From: Candidatus Altimarinota bacterium
Lineage (GTDB): Bacteria; Patescibacteriota; Gracilibacteria; CAIRYL01
DNA length: 64,000 nucleotides
Direction: 5' to 3'
Assembly (NCBI GenBank): GCA_965250085.1
Contig: OZ252287.1
Location: 448,001-512,000, forward strand
Below the pieces are notes generated by a model. It was not told the DNA's origin and searched no databases. It was given only the letters and a program-made list of their open reading frames with translations. Shown here in pieces: positions 1-10,510 of the stretch. The stretch's first letter is position 1. Every line of letters starts with the position of its first letter. The position numbers and the translations under genes were made by a program.

Positions 1-1
1 C

Positions 2-1003
2 GTAAAAACAGGGCTCGTTTTTATTTTTGGCGAACTTACCACAAGTGGATATATTGATTTTCAAAGCGTTGCCCGGAATGTAATTAAAGATATCGGGTAT
101 ACTCGAGCGAAGTTTGGATTCGACTTTGAAACGTGCTCCGTGATCTCCTCTATTTCAGAGCAGAGCAAAGAGATTGCGCATGCAGTTGCGCAAAATCATG
201 AGCTCGGCGCTGGAGATCAAGGTATGATGTTTGGCTTTGCCTGCAAAGAAACTCCAGAATGTATGCCATTACCCATTATGCTCTCTCATCAGCTGGCTCA
301 GAAGTTGGCAGAAATAAGAAAAGATGAAAGTTTGACTGAGCTTCGTCCAGATGGAAAAACACAGGTGACCGTAGAATATCATGATGGTGCACCGCAGCGA
401 GTCCATACTGTTGTCATATCCGCACAACATAGCGCAAAAATTTCCGAACAGGACCTGAAGAACAAAATTGAAAAAGTGGTGCTGAGACCGGTGCTTGGAA
501 AGCTGTATGATAAGAAGACAATCTTCCATTGTAATCCGAGCGGCAGTTTTATTATTGGCGGACCCCAGGGTGACGCAGGACTGACTGGGAGAAAAATTAT
601 CGTAGATACGTATGGAGGATATGCACCACATGGAGGAGGTGCGTTTTCAGGAAAAGATCCATCCAAAGTAGATCGAAGTGGAGCATACGCTGCTCGATAT
701 ATTGCCAAAAATATTGTTACTGCAGGGCTTGCCCAAAAGTGTCAGATAGAGGTGTCATATGCCATTGGTATTGCCGATCCAGTTTCTATTTGGGTAGAAA
801 CTTTTGGAACTGAAACCATTTCTCATGACAAGTTGGGGACAATTATTCAAGATCACTTCCCCCTTCGGCCTGGTGATATTATTGATCAACTGGATCTCAA
901 AAAACCAATCTATCAAAAGACGGCTATCTACGGACATTTTGGACGAGATGATGTGCCGTGGGAGAAGGTAGATAAAGTGGAGGAACTAAAGAAATATCTC
1001 TAA
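2..1003 (+). CDS. metK: S-adenosylmethionine synthetase (5' end outside window)
   Basis: Frame open from base 2 ([14 protein letters not shown]); motifs [46 protein letters not shown]. Confidence 0.98.
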   Translation, partial: VKTGLVFIFGELTTSGYIDFQSVARNVIKDIGYTRAKFGFDFETCSVISSISEQSKEIAHAVAQNHELGAGDQGMMFGFACKETPECMPLPIMLSHQLAQKLAEIRKDESLTELRPDGKTQVTVEYHDGAPQRVHTVVISAQHSAKISEQDLKNKIEKVVLRPVLGKLYDKKTIFHCNPSGSFIIGGPQGDAGLTGRKIIVDTYGGYAPHGGGAFSGKDPSKVDRSGAYAARYIAKNIVTAGLAQKCQIEVSYAIGIADPVSIWVETFGTETISHDKLGTIIQDHFPLRPGDIIDQLDLKKPIYQKTAIYGHFGRDDVPWEKVDKVEELKKYL

Positions 1004-1040
1004 AAATCCCCCTTGATCCCCCTTTTCCAAAGGGGGAAAA
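1004..1040. repeat. C-rich/G-rich hairpin element (TCCCCCTT..AAGGGGGA family), may act as terminator
   Basis: aatcccccttgatcccccttttccaaaggggga directly after metK stop; relatives at 19712-19806 and 41563-41600. Confidence 0.7.
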
Positions 1041-1048
1041 TCTACTAT

Positions 1049-1111
1049 GACTTTTGATTTTCAGTTTTTTGAATTTGAACTTTCGACTTTATGGACTTTT
1101 AACTTTCAACT
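1049..1111. repeat. Degenerate 7-bp tandem repeat array (AACTTT/GACTTT family)
   Basis: tgaattt gaacttt cgacttt ... tttaact ttcaact; similar array near 40745-40785. Confidence 0.6.
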
Positions 1112-1117
1112 CTTGTT

Positions 1118-1492
1118 ATGTGGAAAAACATCCCTCTTTGGATACTCCTCTTCTGTACTTTTCTCTGCTGGTCAGCATGGGCACTCGTGCTGAATAAAAT
1201 ATCGCCTGTAGAGTCTCCGCGAATAGCAGTTCCTGCATTTTATTTCGCCACATTTTTTTCATTACTCACCACATTTACCGTCATTGGAAGCCTCCTCAGA
1301 AAATTTTCTGCACCCCATCGTAAGATTCTTTCCTGTATCAATATTTCTCTGCGCCAAGGCACCATTCTTGCTGTTATGTGTAGTGTGGCTCTGTTTTTTC
1401 AGCAGCAGCGTATTTTTACCTGGTGGATAGGAGCCTTGCTTTTGACTATTGCCGTCACTATGGAAGCCCTTTTTTGGCAAGACCAGGGGTAA
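1118..1492 (+). CDS. Conserved small integral membrane protein (about 4 TM)
   Basis: 124 aa, four hydrophobic segments, SLRQG motif typical of CPR membrane proteins. Confidence 0.75.
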   Translation: MWKNIPLWILLFCTFLCWSAWALVLNKISPVESPRIAVPAFYFATFFSLLTTFTVIGSLLRKFSAPHRKILSCINISLRQGTILAVMCSVALFFQQQRIFTWWIGALLLTIAVTMEALFWQDQG

Positions 1493-1509
1493 AGTCATCT
1501 TTGATGGCT

Positions 1510-1668
1510 AATTTTTAATTTTAAAATCTTGTAATTTTTAAAGAATTTCTAAATCCCAATTCTTAAGCACTCAACATTATCTTTTTAGAAATTAAAAATT
1601 AGGATTTATTTATAAAATTAAAAATTGTCTTCGACCTTGAGTTCAGACCGAAAGGAGAATTAAAAATT
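1510..1668. repeat. Gene-less inverted heptamer-array element, AT-rich family A
   Basis: Left arm aatttttaattttaaaatcttgtaatttttaaagaatttctaaat, right arm tttagaaattaaaaattaggatttatttataaaattaaaaatt; matches arms at 10511-10925. Confidence 0.7.
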
Positions 1669-1734
1669 CTCTCAGCTCTAATTTGCAAATTCCTTGCACG
1701 CGAGGTACCATTTTCTCAGAATATTATTGTCCCT

Positions 1735-1980
1735 ATGGAAATAGATCTCTCCAATAGTAAAGACCTCCTCTTCGTTTCACTTGCCGTAGGATTTTTGATG
1801 ATCAGCATTTCCCTTACTTTTGTACTGGTGCGAGTCTTTCGAGTCTTAGGCAGGGTCAATTCTATTAGCGAGACTGTGGACGAGATTACCCATTTGGTAA
1901 ACCATTATCTCTGGCAACCAGCAAAGATCACCAAAAAAATTGTAGATAGGGTAAAAAAAGCCGCGAAGAAAAAAAAGTAA
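1735..1980 (+). CDS. Small single-TM protein (DUF948-like)
   Basis: 81 aa, N-terminal TM helix followed by amphipathic helix and basic tail. Confidence 0.7.
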   Translation: MEIDLSNSKDLLFVSLAVGFLMISISLTFVLVRVFRVLGRVNSISETVDEITHLVNHYLWQPAKITKKIVDRVKKAAKKKK

Positions 1981-1991
1981 ATCAAATATTT

Positions 1992-2567
1992 TTACACCGG
2001 TTCCGGAAGAGCATCTGGAAGCATATCTTCAAGCTCTTCTTCTTGGGGTTGCTTCATTCCAGGATGACTCACGATATATGTTCGTAATAAATTTAGTATA
2101 GTCATTCCACATATAATCTGTAGTTTAAGCATTGATTCAATATCATCTCCTTGCTCAAGAAAAATGCTATGTCCTATTCCAACTCCCCCTGTAATAAAAC
2201 CTGACATAGTTACGAATATCGCGTTCATTCTCGTGGTTCTTGTAGTCACATCTATAGCACCTTGAGCCTCTCTTCCTTGCTGAATTTCGTCCTCAAGTGT
2301 GGGTATCGCCTTTTTATTTATCATATACATTAAGACTGCCAACGGAACTGATATAATTGCTATTTCTATGGAAATTTCTGGAATATGAAAGTCTACTCCC
2401 AAGGTTGCCGCAGTCACCATTGGCGAGTCTTTTATGAAAGTCCCACTTAAGAGCTTATGTACTTTTTTTGCCGTGATTTTTGTCTTTGCTTCAACCACAC
2501 CCAATACCTTGTGCACCACCTGTTCTATTTCAATATCGGTTTCTACCAACTCTTCTTCCAGACTCAT
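1992..2567 (-). CDS. Hypothetical membrane protein
   Basis: 191 aa ORF with hydrophobic segments, fills gap between genes. Confidence 0.6.
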   Translation of the reverse strand: MSLEEELVETDIEIEQVVHKVLGVVEAKTKITAKKVHKLLSGTFIKDSPMVTAATLGVDFHIPEISIEIAIISVPLAVLMYMINKKAIPTLEDEIQQGREAQGAIDVTTRTTRMNAIFVTMSGFITGGVGIGHSIFLEQGDDIESMLKLQIICGMTILNLLRTYIVSHPGMKQPQEEELEDMLPDALPEPV

Positions 2568-2625
2568 TATTTAAAAATTACAGGAGATATTTATACTAGA
2601 AAAATAGAAGAAAGACAATATGTTC

Positions 2626-2672
2626 TTGACACTTCTGTTTTTCTATATACAATAACCGACCGAACGGTCAGT
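2626..2672 (+). promoter_or_regulatory. Sigma70 promoter plus probable TetR operator
   Basis: TTGACA-N16-TACAAT followed by near-palindrome ACCGACCGAACGGTCAGT immediately upstream of the tetR-family gene. Confidence 0.75.
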
Positions 2673-2692
2673 CAGGCTTTATTCAAAACAAT

Positions 2693-3277
2693 ATGAAAAA
2701 ACGTTCTCAAAACGCCAAGAGCAAAATCATCAAGACAGTTCTCAAAATGCTTTCTCAAGGCAATTCTCACTTTTCTATGTCTGAAATTGCGGCGTCATCA
2801 GGGGTATCCAAGTCTTCTCTCTATTATTTTTTTGAGAATAAAAAACATCTTTTTGAGGAAATCATATTTGCCATTTTTGGAACGTTGGGAGAGAGAGTGG
2901 AAACAATATCTCAGAAAAGTATATCTCCGGAAAAAAAGATGCTCCAAATGATGAAGGCGTGTACGCAATGCGCCGAAAAAGATGGAGCGGTGACACATTT
3001 TATTTTTCAGCAGGTATTTGAACATGATCAGAAGATTTTAGGAAAAATTCATGACATGAGAGAAAGTCTCAAACTCTCCTTTGCCAATGTTATACGAGAA
3101 GGCATCCAAACTGGTATTTTCCGAAAGCAAAACATTGACATATGCGCTGAAATTATGGTAGGATATTTAGATTTTATCGCGCTCAGATCTGCTTTTCGTG
3201 CGCACAAAATCGCAAAAACCTATTCATCTGAAAAGCTCTGCAAAAACTTTATTTCGCTTTTACAAGACAAAAAATGA
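2693..3277 (+). CDS. TetR/AcrR family transcriptional regulator
   Basis: HTH SMSEIAASSGVSKSSLYYFFENKKHLF; C-terminal IREGIQTGIFR. Confidence 0.93.
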   Translation: MKKRSQNAKSKIIKTVLKMLSQGNSHFSMSEIAASSGVSKSSLYYFFENKKHLFEEIIFAIFGTLGERVETISQKSISPEKKMLQMMKACTQCAEKDGAVTHFIFQQVFEHDQKILGKIHDMRESLKLSFANVIREGIQTGIFRKQNIDICAEIMVGYLDFIALRSAFRAHKIAKTYSSEKLCKNFISLLQDKK

Positions 3278-5328
3278 GAAAAATCCCAATTGTCGGCGCT
3301 TTATGCTTGATAATGCTTTTTTCCAGTGGATGCACTGAAAAAGATTCAGAAGGAGATGTCGTTGAAGAAGAGATAAAGCCAATATCCGCCTACACCGTCC
3401 ATCGGGAAAAACTTGTCTCAAACATAGAAATTTTTGGAACCCTGGAACCCCAATCTCAAACAACCCTGGCGGCTGAAGTTTCTGGGACCGTATCTTCTTC
3501 TCTTGTACAAGAGGGAGATCTCGTGTCTGTAGGACAGGAACTGGCTCGATTTGCCGCAAGAGAGAATTTTATTCAACTGAATTATCAAAATGCTCTTCAA
3601 AATTATGATAATGCACAAAAACTCTATGACCTTACATTTCGCTCTGTACAGCGAGACGAAGAAAATGCTCGCATTGCTATTGAACAATCAGAAATAAATC
3701 TCAGTAACGCCTCTGTCAGTGAGGAAAAAACAGATATTTCTCTTGAAAGCCAAATAGAAAGTGCTCAAAAAAGCGTTGAGATTGCCGAAACAAATGTCGA
3801 AATTGCAGAGCTTGCACTGAGTAATTTGATCGAAAGTAATCAGCAAATGGAAGATAATCTTGAACGAAGTTCTCGGACATCTGCACATTCTGCCCTGATT
3901 GCTTTTGAAGACATCATCCTCTTTACCGATACCGTTCTGGGAGTTACTCACGAAAATGATGCTCAAAGAAAGGTGTATGGCGCATACCTCTCTCTCTATG
4001 ATCCCAATCTTCTGGTGAGAACAGCGCAAGACTGGAAAGTGAAAAACAATAGCGTCACGGGTTTGAGAAATACTTTTAATACCATTCCTGCAAATGATTG
4101 GGATGATTTGATAAAAAATAAACCTTTCTTTGATCAGGCAGAGCAAGTTGCTGAAGGGCTTCGAGAGTTCTTGATTCAATTTGAAGCAGTACTCACCAAT
4201 AGTCGGATAGGCGGAGGGCTTACTTCTACAGAGCTTTCTCGTCTCAAGACAGAAACCAGTGCACACCAGTCATCATTAGAAGGACAGTTGTCATCTCTCA
4301 TTTCTGTTCAGCAAAGTATTGACGACTTTTTACTATCCGCTCCGCAGAATGAAAAAAATAGTGAACTTTCACTGCTTTCTGCTGAGAATCAACTCGAGCA
4401 GGCCAAACAAAAACTTGTGGAGTTCAGTGCTTCATCTGATGTTCAGAGAACCAATACAAATTCTCAGAAAGAAAATGCCCAAAAGTCTCTCGAATCAGCA
4501 GAAAACAATCTCCAAAGCATTCGTGAAAAAAATGCGATTCAAGTTCAAAATGCCGAATCTGGGATCGATGCTGCTGGTAATCAGCTCGACCAAGCATCGC
4601 TAGAGCTCAGTAAAGCGACAGTAAAGAGTCCTGTATCAGGAGTTATCGTTTCCAAGTTTATAGAAATTGGCGATACTATTTCTGCTGGCAGTCCTCTCTT
4701 TGTCATCGCTGAGATCGATACCTTGACTCTAAAAGGCGAAGTTGACCCGAATGAATTGAATGATATCAAATCAACAAAGACCGGAATGGTTTTTATTGAG
4801 AATTTTGGGGAAGTGCCCGGCATCCTCACTCGATATAATCCGATTGCCGATATTAATACACGGCAAGTTGGTGTAGAAATTGACATTAAAAATTATGACC
4901 GAGCCATACCAGCAAATGTCTTTGCAACTGCAAAGTTTGATGTTCCTCAGAATAAAGAGTCATTGCTTATTCCTTTAAAAAGTTTGGTAAATCAAAATCC
5001 TGCTCAAATTTTTGTTCTTGTTCCAGAAAAAAATTCAGACGCTCTGAATACCCCTGTCTCTGATCAGACGTCTGGAACATTTAGAGTCGAGAGAAGGACT
5101 GTAGAATTGGGAGACAAACATGAAGAATTTATTGAAGTTCTCTCTGGTCTCGAAGTAAGAGAGAAAATCGTGGAAGAACGAGTGCTCGGTCTTCGTGAAG
5201 GAGATATCGTGTCTATCGCAGACGATTCCCTTCCTCTAGAGAAAGTTGAAGGTAGAGGCAATTCTGATGAAGAAAAAAAGAAAGAAGAAAATCCCGACCT
5301 TGAATTTGGAAAAGAGTTATCTCTGTAG
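3274..5328 (+). CDS. Efflux RND periplasmic adaptor (HlyD/MFP) lipoprotein with very long coiled coil
   Basis: Lipobox FSSGC, lipoyl halves AEVSGTV..VQEGDLV and KSPVSGVI..EIGDTI, C-terminal IEVLSGL. Confidence 0.9.
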   Translation: MRKIPIVGALCLIMLFSSGCTEKDSEGDVVEEEIKPISAYTVHREKLVSNIEIFGTLEPQSQTTLAAEVSGTVSSSLVQEGDLVSVGQELARFAARENFIQLNYQNALQNYDNAQKLYDLTFRSVQRDEENARIAIEQSEINLSNASVSEEKTDISLESQIESAQKSVEIAETNVEIAELALSNLIESNQQMEDNLERSSRTSAHSALIAFEDIILFTDTVLGVTHENDAQRKVYGAYLSLYDPNLLVRTAQDWKVKNNSVTGLRNTFNTIPANDWDDLIKNKPFFDQAEQVAEGLREFLIQFEAVLTNSRIGGGLTSTELSRLKTETSAHQSSLEGQLSSLISVQQSIDDFLLSAPQNEKNSELSLLSAENQLEQAKQKLVEFSASSDVQRTNTNSQKENAQKSLESAENNLQSIREKNAIQVQNAESGIDAAGNQLDQASLELSKATVKSPVSGVIVSKFIEIGDTISAGSPLFVIAEIDTLTLKGEVDPNELNDIKSTKTGMVFIENFGEVPGILTRYNPIADINTRQVGVEIDIKNYDRAIPANVFATAKFDVPQNKESLLIPLKSLVNQNPAQIFVLVPEKNSDALNTPVSDQTSGTFRVERRTVELGDKHEEFIEVLSGLEVREKIVEERVLGLREGDIVSIADDSLPLEKVEGRGNSDEEKKKEENPDLEFGKELSL

Positions 5329-5357
5329 TCTTAGGCGAGTTTTAAACTCGCCCCTAC
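5325..5357. repeat. GTAG-type REP palindrome
   Basis: gtag..ggcgagttttaaactcgcccctac. Confidence 0.7.
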
Positions 5358-5376
5358 AAACTTTCATTCTGATTAA

Positions 5377-5862
5377 ATGCCTCAAGAGAATCCACAACCA
5401 TCAACAAGATCATCTTCAGATGACAATTCACAGGAAATCCCTGTCTTTCAGAATCCGGAACTGAATTTTAAAGTTATGTGTGCTTTAGAGAATATGGAAA
5501 ATCCAAAGGAAGGTTCTCTTCAGTATTACTTTATAATGTTTAAAACGCTTCGATATTCTTTTTTAGACGATCTCCCTGCCCAAAGAATTACCCCCAGTGA
5601 TCCTAATTATTATTTGTACAAGTGCAGAGGTAATTGGCTAGCCTGCTTGAGAGGGCACCTCGAAAATGCCATTGATTCAGATCGTATTTTTAATGACAGA
5701 TCAATAGTAGAAAGGATTGAAAAATTTATAGAACGTTTTTTAGGTAAAGGTGCTGATAACACAGTTGTTACTCGGCAAGAAATAAATGAGGTCAATCAAC
5801 TCTTAGATGAAGTAATTGCCTATCTTGAACCAAAACATAATCTGCTCCTACATAATTCGTAA
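5377..5862 (+). CDS. Hypothetical protein inserted in the efflux operon
   Basis: 161 aa ORF between MFP and RND genes; no motif recognised. Confidence 0.65.
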   Translation: MPQENPQPSTRSSSDDNSQEIPVFQNPELNFKVMCALENMENPKEGSLQYYFIMFKTLRYSFLDDLPAQRITPSDPNYYLYKCRGNWLACLRGHLENAIDSDRIFNDRSIVERIEKFIERFLGKGADNTVVTRQEINEVNQLLDEVIAYLEPKHNLLLHNS

Positions 5863-5885
5863 TTTTTCTATTCGTAATTGATTCC

Positions 5886-8800
5886 GTGTCTGATTCCAAT
5901 TCCTCATCACTGGTCAAAAAAATACCAAAGGGATTTTGGAGCTATTTTATCAAAAATATAAAAGTTGCATTCCTTGTAGGAGGAATCCTTATGATTTGGG
6001 GTATCCTTTCTGCCATATCAATCCCCAAAGAAAGCGCACCATATATCCCCTTCGGGATTGTAAATATTACTACGGTCTATAGCGGAGTTTCTGCTCCGGA
6101 AATTGACACCCTCATTACCCAAAAAATTGAAAATAAAATCAAAGCAGTATCGAATGTCAGTAAAATTGACTCTGTTTCCCGAAATAGTGTTTCCAGCATC
6201 ACTGTAGAATTTGAGCCGGATCATAATATGATCAAAGGAGTGAGTGATATTCGCAGTAAAGTGGATGAAGCGAAGCCAGAACTCCCAAGTGATATTGAAT
6301 CAGATCCATCGGTCTTAGAGATAGACAGTGCTATTGAGCCATTCTTTTCAATAATCCTCTATGGACCATATGATGTTGTGTCCCTCAGGGATTATGCCGA
6401 AAGACTCAAGCTTTTTTTGGAATCCGTACCCGATGTCGCTTCTGTAAGTATTAGTGGAGGAGCGGAGCGTGAGATTGCAGTAGAAGTGGACCCTCTCAAA
6501 CTTCAATCTTTTGGTCTCACTACAAATGATGTGGTTAATTCTATTAGAAGATCCCATATTGATACTCCTGTTGGCGGATTTGATATCGATGCTCTCGAAT
6601 ATAACATTAGATTTCAGGGCAAACATCGCTCTGCAGAAGATATCAAAAAAGTACATCTGAGAAATCTTGCTACCGGCGGTCGTGTATCAGTTGTACGAGT
6701 AGAAGATGTGGCAAACGTGATCGAGCAGGCAGATGAAGATACAGACTCCATAAGGCGCATTGGACTCCCCAAAGAAAATATATTTGAGAACTCTACAAAT
6801 CTGCAGGTGAGCAAGGGAATTGGGAAAAATATTTTTGTGGTTGATGCGGCGGTAAGGGAAAAAGTAAATGAATATACGACCAAAAATTTTCCTTCAGATT
6901 TACATATTACCTATGAGCTTGAGATTTCAAAGATTGCAGAAGATGATTTTGCAAAAGTGTTTCAAAGTGGCTTACAGGCGGTTGTAATTGTCTTGATTAT
7001 TCTTTTTATCTTTGTCGGATTCCGCGCTGGCATCATCGCTGCCCTCATCATCCCTCTCACATTTCTTACCACAATCGGACTCTTGTCCTATATGGGCAGT
7101 ACTCTCAACTTCATGACCAATTTTTCTATGATTCTCGCTCTGGGAATATTGGTAGATACCGCCGTTGTGATAGTAGAAGGCATACAACACCATATCCATA
7201 AAGGATATAAACCGAGGCAAGCAGCGATGATGTCTCTTCATGAATTTAAGTCTCCTCTTATTTCTGGAACACTCACGACACTTGCCGTGTTTATTCCTCT
7301 CTTTAGTCTCCCAGGGGTCTTGGGGAAATATCTCAGCTTTATTCCCATCACTGTTTTCTTGGTACTGACTTCTTCTCTGTTTATTTCACTGCTTCTGATT
7401 ACCGCTTATGGAGGAAAATTTATGCTTTCGCGCGGACAAATTGAACGTCGAAAACAAAGATGTACGCGCTTTGCTGAAATAGGACATCGATTTCGAGAAA
7501 AGTTTACCGCAAGAGAAAACACTGTTTTACAAAAATATGGAGACTTTGTTCAAAAGATTCTTTCTAAAAGGAGATATCGTATTGGAATATTTTACGGAGC
7601 TCTCATCCTATTTGTTCTCTCTATTTTTATTCCCGTAAAATTTGAACTGTTCCCTTCCGGAGATGCTTTTTCATTTAGCGTCACTCTTGAACGCCCAGAG
7701 GGGACATTGACCGAAGAAACCGATGCGCATATGCGTCCATTAGAAGAGGCGTTGATGAAAATACCAGAGGTGCGACACATCTCCACGACCGTAAATGGCA
7801 AACAAGCGAGCTCTTATGTAGAGCTCCTCCCCGTAAATGAGAGAAAAAAGTTGAAACTCAGACCCAGTAAAGAGATTGTAGATAACATTCAGATCGATTT
7901 TAAAAAACGATTTGCCGATCCTACCGGTTCTAATGTGCGTGTTGCCAATGCACAAAATGGGCCTCCTTCAGAATTTCCTGTTGCCTTTCGAGTGATTGCA
8001 ACTGAGAGTGACAAAATCCAGTCAGCAGAAACAGTTGCTGAAGAACTCACAGAACTTCTGAGAGATATCCCCGGAACTTTTGGAGTCAAGAGTGATATTG
8101 AGCAGATCCCCGGAGAGTTTCTCTATCGAGTGAATAGAGAAAAAGCACTTGCTCTCTCCCTTGATCCTGACAATGTGGCAAATGTGGTGCGTACTGCCCT
8201 GAAAGGAAGTACTGCTGCTACCATCACGAGAGATGGGAGAGATATTGATATTGTAGTGAGATACCACAAAAAAAGTCGTGATGACATACGAGAAGTAGGA
8301 AATATCAAAATCTTAAATCAAAATGGTGAATATATTCTTTTGAAGCAAGTAGTAGATGAAACACTTACTTCAAGCCTCAGTAGTATTCGCCGTCGAGATA
8401 CGCGTATTGCTTTTACCGTTTCCAGTCTTTTGACAGAAAATGGAAATGCTGCAGAAATTTCTACTGCTTTTTTACAAGAGTTAGAAAACTATCCACTCCC
8501 TGACGGAGTAGAGGTCCTCAATGCTGGAGAGAATGAGGAAAATGCTGCTTTATTTGCCGCTCTTCTCAGGGCATTTGTCCTCTCGGTATTGATCATGTTT
8601 TTGATTTTAGTAATTCAATTTAACTCATATCTGCAACCATTGATCATTCTCACTACTATTATCTTTGCTCAGATTGGGGTCAGTATCGGACTCTTTTTGA
8701 CCGGCACTCCACGCTCACTTGCATACATTCTTGGTGCCATCAGTTTAGCGGGAATTGTAGTGAATGATGCGATCATTATGGTAGATCAGATGAATAAAAA

Positions 8801-9194
8801 TCGAGACAGAGACAAAGGAAGCTCTTTGCCATTGAGCCAATCAATTGCAACCGCTGGAAGATCCCGATTTATTCCAGTGATCCTCACCACACTTACTACC
8901 AGTGCAGGGATTCTTCCCCTCGTTTTTGTAGATGTATTTTGGGCAGGCCTCAGCTATACCGTCATCTTTGGACTCATGATGGCAACACTTCTCACTCTTT
9001 TTGTGACTCCTGCTATGTACTACCAGATGGAACGGGAAAAGACCCTCACCTTTGTTCCTCTCCTCGCTCTTATAAGTCTGATCCTCACTCTCGTTGCACC
9101 CGGCTGGATAGCAAAAATCTTCTTCCTCGTGCTTACCATTTTCTTCGTGCGAGTAATTTGGAAGAAATATCAAACAAGTAAAGTTCTTGTGTAA
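5886..9194 (+). CDS. Efflux RND transporter permease (AcrB/AcrD/AcrF family)
   Basis: 1102 aa; GILVDTAVVIVE, GIVVNDAII, RFIPVILTTLTT; two large extracytoplasmic loops. Confidence 0.95.
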   Translation: MSDSNSSSLVKKIPKGFWSYFIKNIKVAFLVGGILMIWGILSAISIPKESAPYIPFGIVNITTVYSGVSAPEIDTLITQKIENKIKAVSNVSKIDSVSRNSVSSITVEFEPDHNMIKGVSDIRSKVDEAKPELPSDIESDPSVLEIDSAIEPFFSIILYGPYDVVSLRDYAERLKLFLESVPDVASVSISGGAEREIAVEVDPLKLQSFGLTTNDVVNSIRRSHIDTPVGGFDIDALEYNIRFQGKHRSAEDIKKVHLRNLATGGRVSVVRVEDVANVIEQADEDTDSIRRIGLPKENIFENSTNLQVSKGIGKNIFVVDAAVREKVNEYTTKNFPSDLHITYELEISKIAEDDFAKVFQSGLQAVVIVLIILFIFVGFRAGIIAALIIPLTFLTTIGLLSYMGSTLNFMTNFSMILALGILVDTAVVIVEGIQHHIHKGYKPRQAAMMSLHEFKSPLISGTLTTLAVFIPLFSLPGVLGKYLSFIPITVFLVLTSSLFISLLLITAYGGKFMLSRGQIERRKQRCTRFAEIGHRFREKFTARENTVLQKYGDFVQKILSKRRYRIGIFYGALILFVLSIFIPVKFELFPSGDAFSFSVTLERPEGTLTEETDAHMRPLEEALMKIPEVRHISTTVNGKQASSYVELLPVNERKKLKLRPSKEIVDNIQIDFKKRFADPTGSNVRVANAQNGPPSEFPVAFRVIATESDKIQSAETVAEELTELLRDIPGTFGVKSDIEQIPGEFLYRVNREKALALSLDPDNVANVVRTALKGSTAATITRDGRDIDIVVRYHKKSRDDIREVGNIKILNQNGEYILLKQVVDETLTSSLSSIRRRDTRIAFTVSSLLTENGNAAEISTAFLQELENYPLPDGVEVLNAGENEENAALFAALLRAFVLSVLIMFLILVIQFNSYLQPLIILTTIIFAQIGVSIGLFLTGTPRSLAYILGAISLAGIVVNDAIIMVDQMNKNRDRDKGSSLPLSQSIATAGRSRFIPVILTTLTTSAGILPLVFVDVFWAGLSYTVIFGLMMATLLTLFVTPAMYYQMEREKTLTFVPLLALISLILTLVAPGWIAKIFFLVLTIFFVRVIWKKYQTSKVLV

Positions 9195-9205
9195 TGTGCG
9201 TATTT

Positions 9206-10507
9206 CTATATCTCAAAATCCCCTCTAAGATTTAGATATTTTCTCGTTACTTCATCTTCTTCCCGCCCTTTTTCCCACTCGGATTTGAGGAGTTCCATGT
9301 TGGAGAGATCATAGAGCTTGTTCTTTTTCTTGACCTCTTTCTTCGCTTCTCCCACTGTTTGAAATCCACATCGCTCATACATCCTGAGGGCTGCTATGTT
9401 CTCTTTGAAAACTTGGAGTGAGATTTTTTGAAATCCCAATATACCAAACCCAATAGAGAGAAGCTCTCGTACTATTTCAGTTCCATAGCCTTGTCCCCAG
9501 AGTTGTTTCTCTCCCAAACAAATAGCAAGATCCCCCACGTGAGAATGTACATCGCAAGATTTTGCTTTTACACTTGCGGTTCCAATAGGTTCTCTGGTAT
9601 TCCTATCAGACACTGTAAAATACAGACCATCAAACGATGTTTTTCTTTTTTCAAAATAATTCTCAGCATCCTCGGAAGTATAGGGAGTCTCAAGGCACAA
9701 ATACTGCACTATCTCTTCATCGTTAAACCATTGCATCCAGTGTTCCAAATCCGACTCTACATAGGTGCGAAGAAGTGTCATTCGTGATTTCCATGGTTTT
9801 GCAGGACTGAAGTATATTTCACGAATCAGAAATATTTCTTTCTCTCTATCGGTAAATCCGCGAAGGTGCTTTTTTCGCCACTTTTCAATCTCGGCATGAT
9901 TCCCGGAAAGAAGTATTTTTGGTACTTTCATTCCTTCAAATTCTTCCGGACGAGTATATTGAGGATGCTCAAGCCGTCCTCCAAATTCGTCAGAAAAACT
10001 TTCTGTTTGGGTGCTTTCATCATTTCCCAGTGCACCTGGGAGAAGCCGTGTGATCGAATCGACAAAAGCCATTGCAGGAATTTCTCCTCCCGTAAGGACA
10101 AAATCCCCTAGGGAAATTTCTTCATCGACAAACATTTCACGTACTCGCTCATCTACTCCCTCATAGTGACCACAGAGAAGAATCAGTGGTGTTTTCTGCT
10201 CAGCAAATTCATGGCATTTTTTTTGGGTGAGTGGCTCACCTTGAGGAGTAAAAAATACAATTTTTGCTTCCGGCATCTGATCCTTTGCCCACCTGAGTGC
10301 ATCAGCAAGGATATCTGGCTTCATTACCATGCCCGCACCTCCTCCATAAGGCACGTCGTCCACCTGCTTATGTTTTCCTGTTCCAAAATCACGAATATTC
10401 TTACTCTGTACAGAAATAATATCTTTTTCTTGTGCGCGCTGAAGAATACTCTCTGAGAGTGGTCCCTCAAACATTTCGGGAAAAAGAGTAAGCAAAAGGA
10501 ATTTCAT
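9206..10507 (-). CDS. trmD: tRNA (m1G37) methyltransferase TrmD fused to a C-terminal RimJ/RimL-type GNAT domain
   Basis: [47 protein letters not shown]; then WGQGYGTE and [13 protein letters not shown]. Confidence 0.95.
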   Translation of the reverse strand: MKFLLLTLFPEMFEGPLSESILQRAQEKDIISVQSKNIRDFGTGKHKQVDDVPYGGGAGMVMKPDILADALRWAKDQMPEAKIVFFTPQGEPLTQKKCHEFAEQKTPLILLCGHYEGVDERVREMFVDEEISLGDFVLTGGEIPAMAFVDSITRLLPGALGNDESTQTESFSDEFGGRLEHPQYTRPEEFEGMKVPKILLSGNHAEIEKWRKKHLRGFTDREKEIFLIREIYFSPAKPWKSRMTLLRTYVESDLEHWMQWFNDEEIVQYLCLETPYTSEDAENYFEKRKTSFDGLYFTVSDRNTREPIGTASVKAKSCDVHSHVGDLAICLGEKQLWGQGYGTEIVRELLSIGFGILGFQKISLQVFKENIAALRMYERCGFQTVGEAKKEVKKKNKLYDLSNMELLKSEWEKGREEDEVTRKYLNLRGDFEI

Positions 10508-10510
10508 AAG

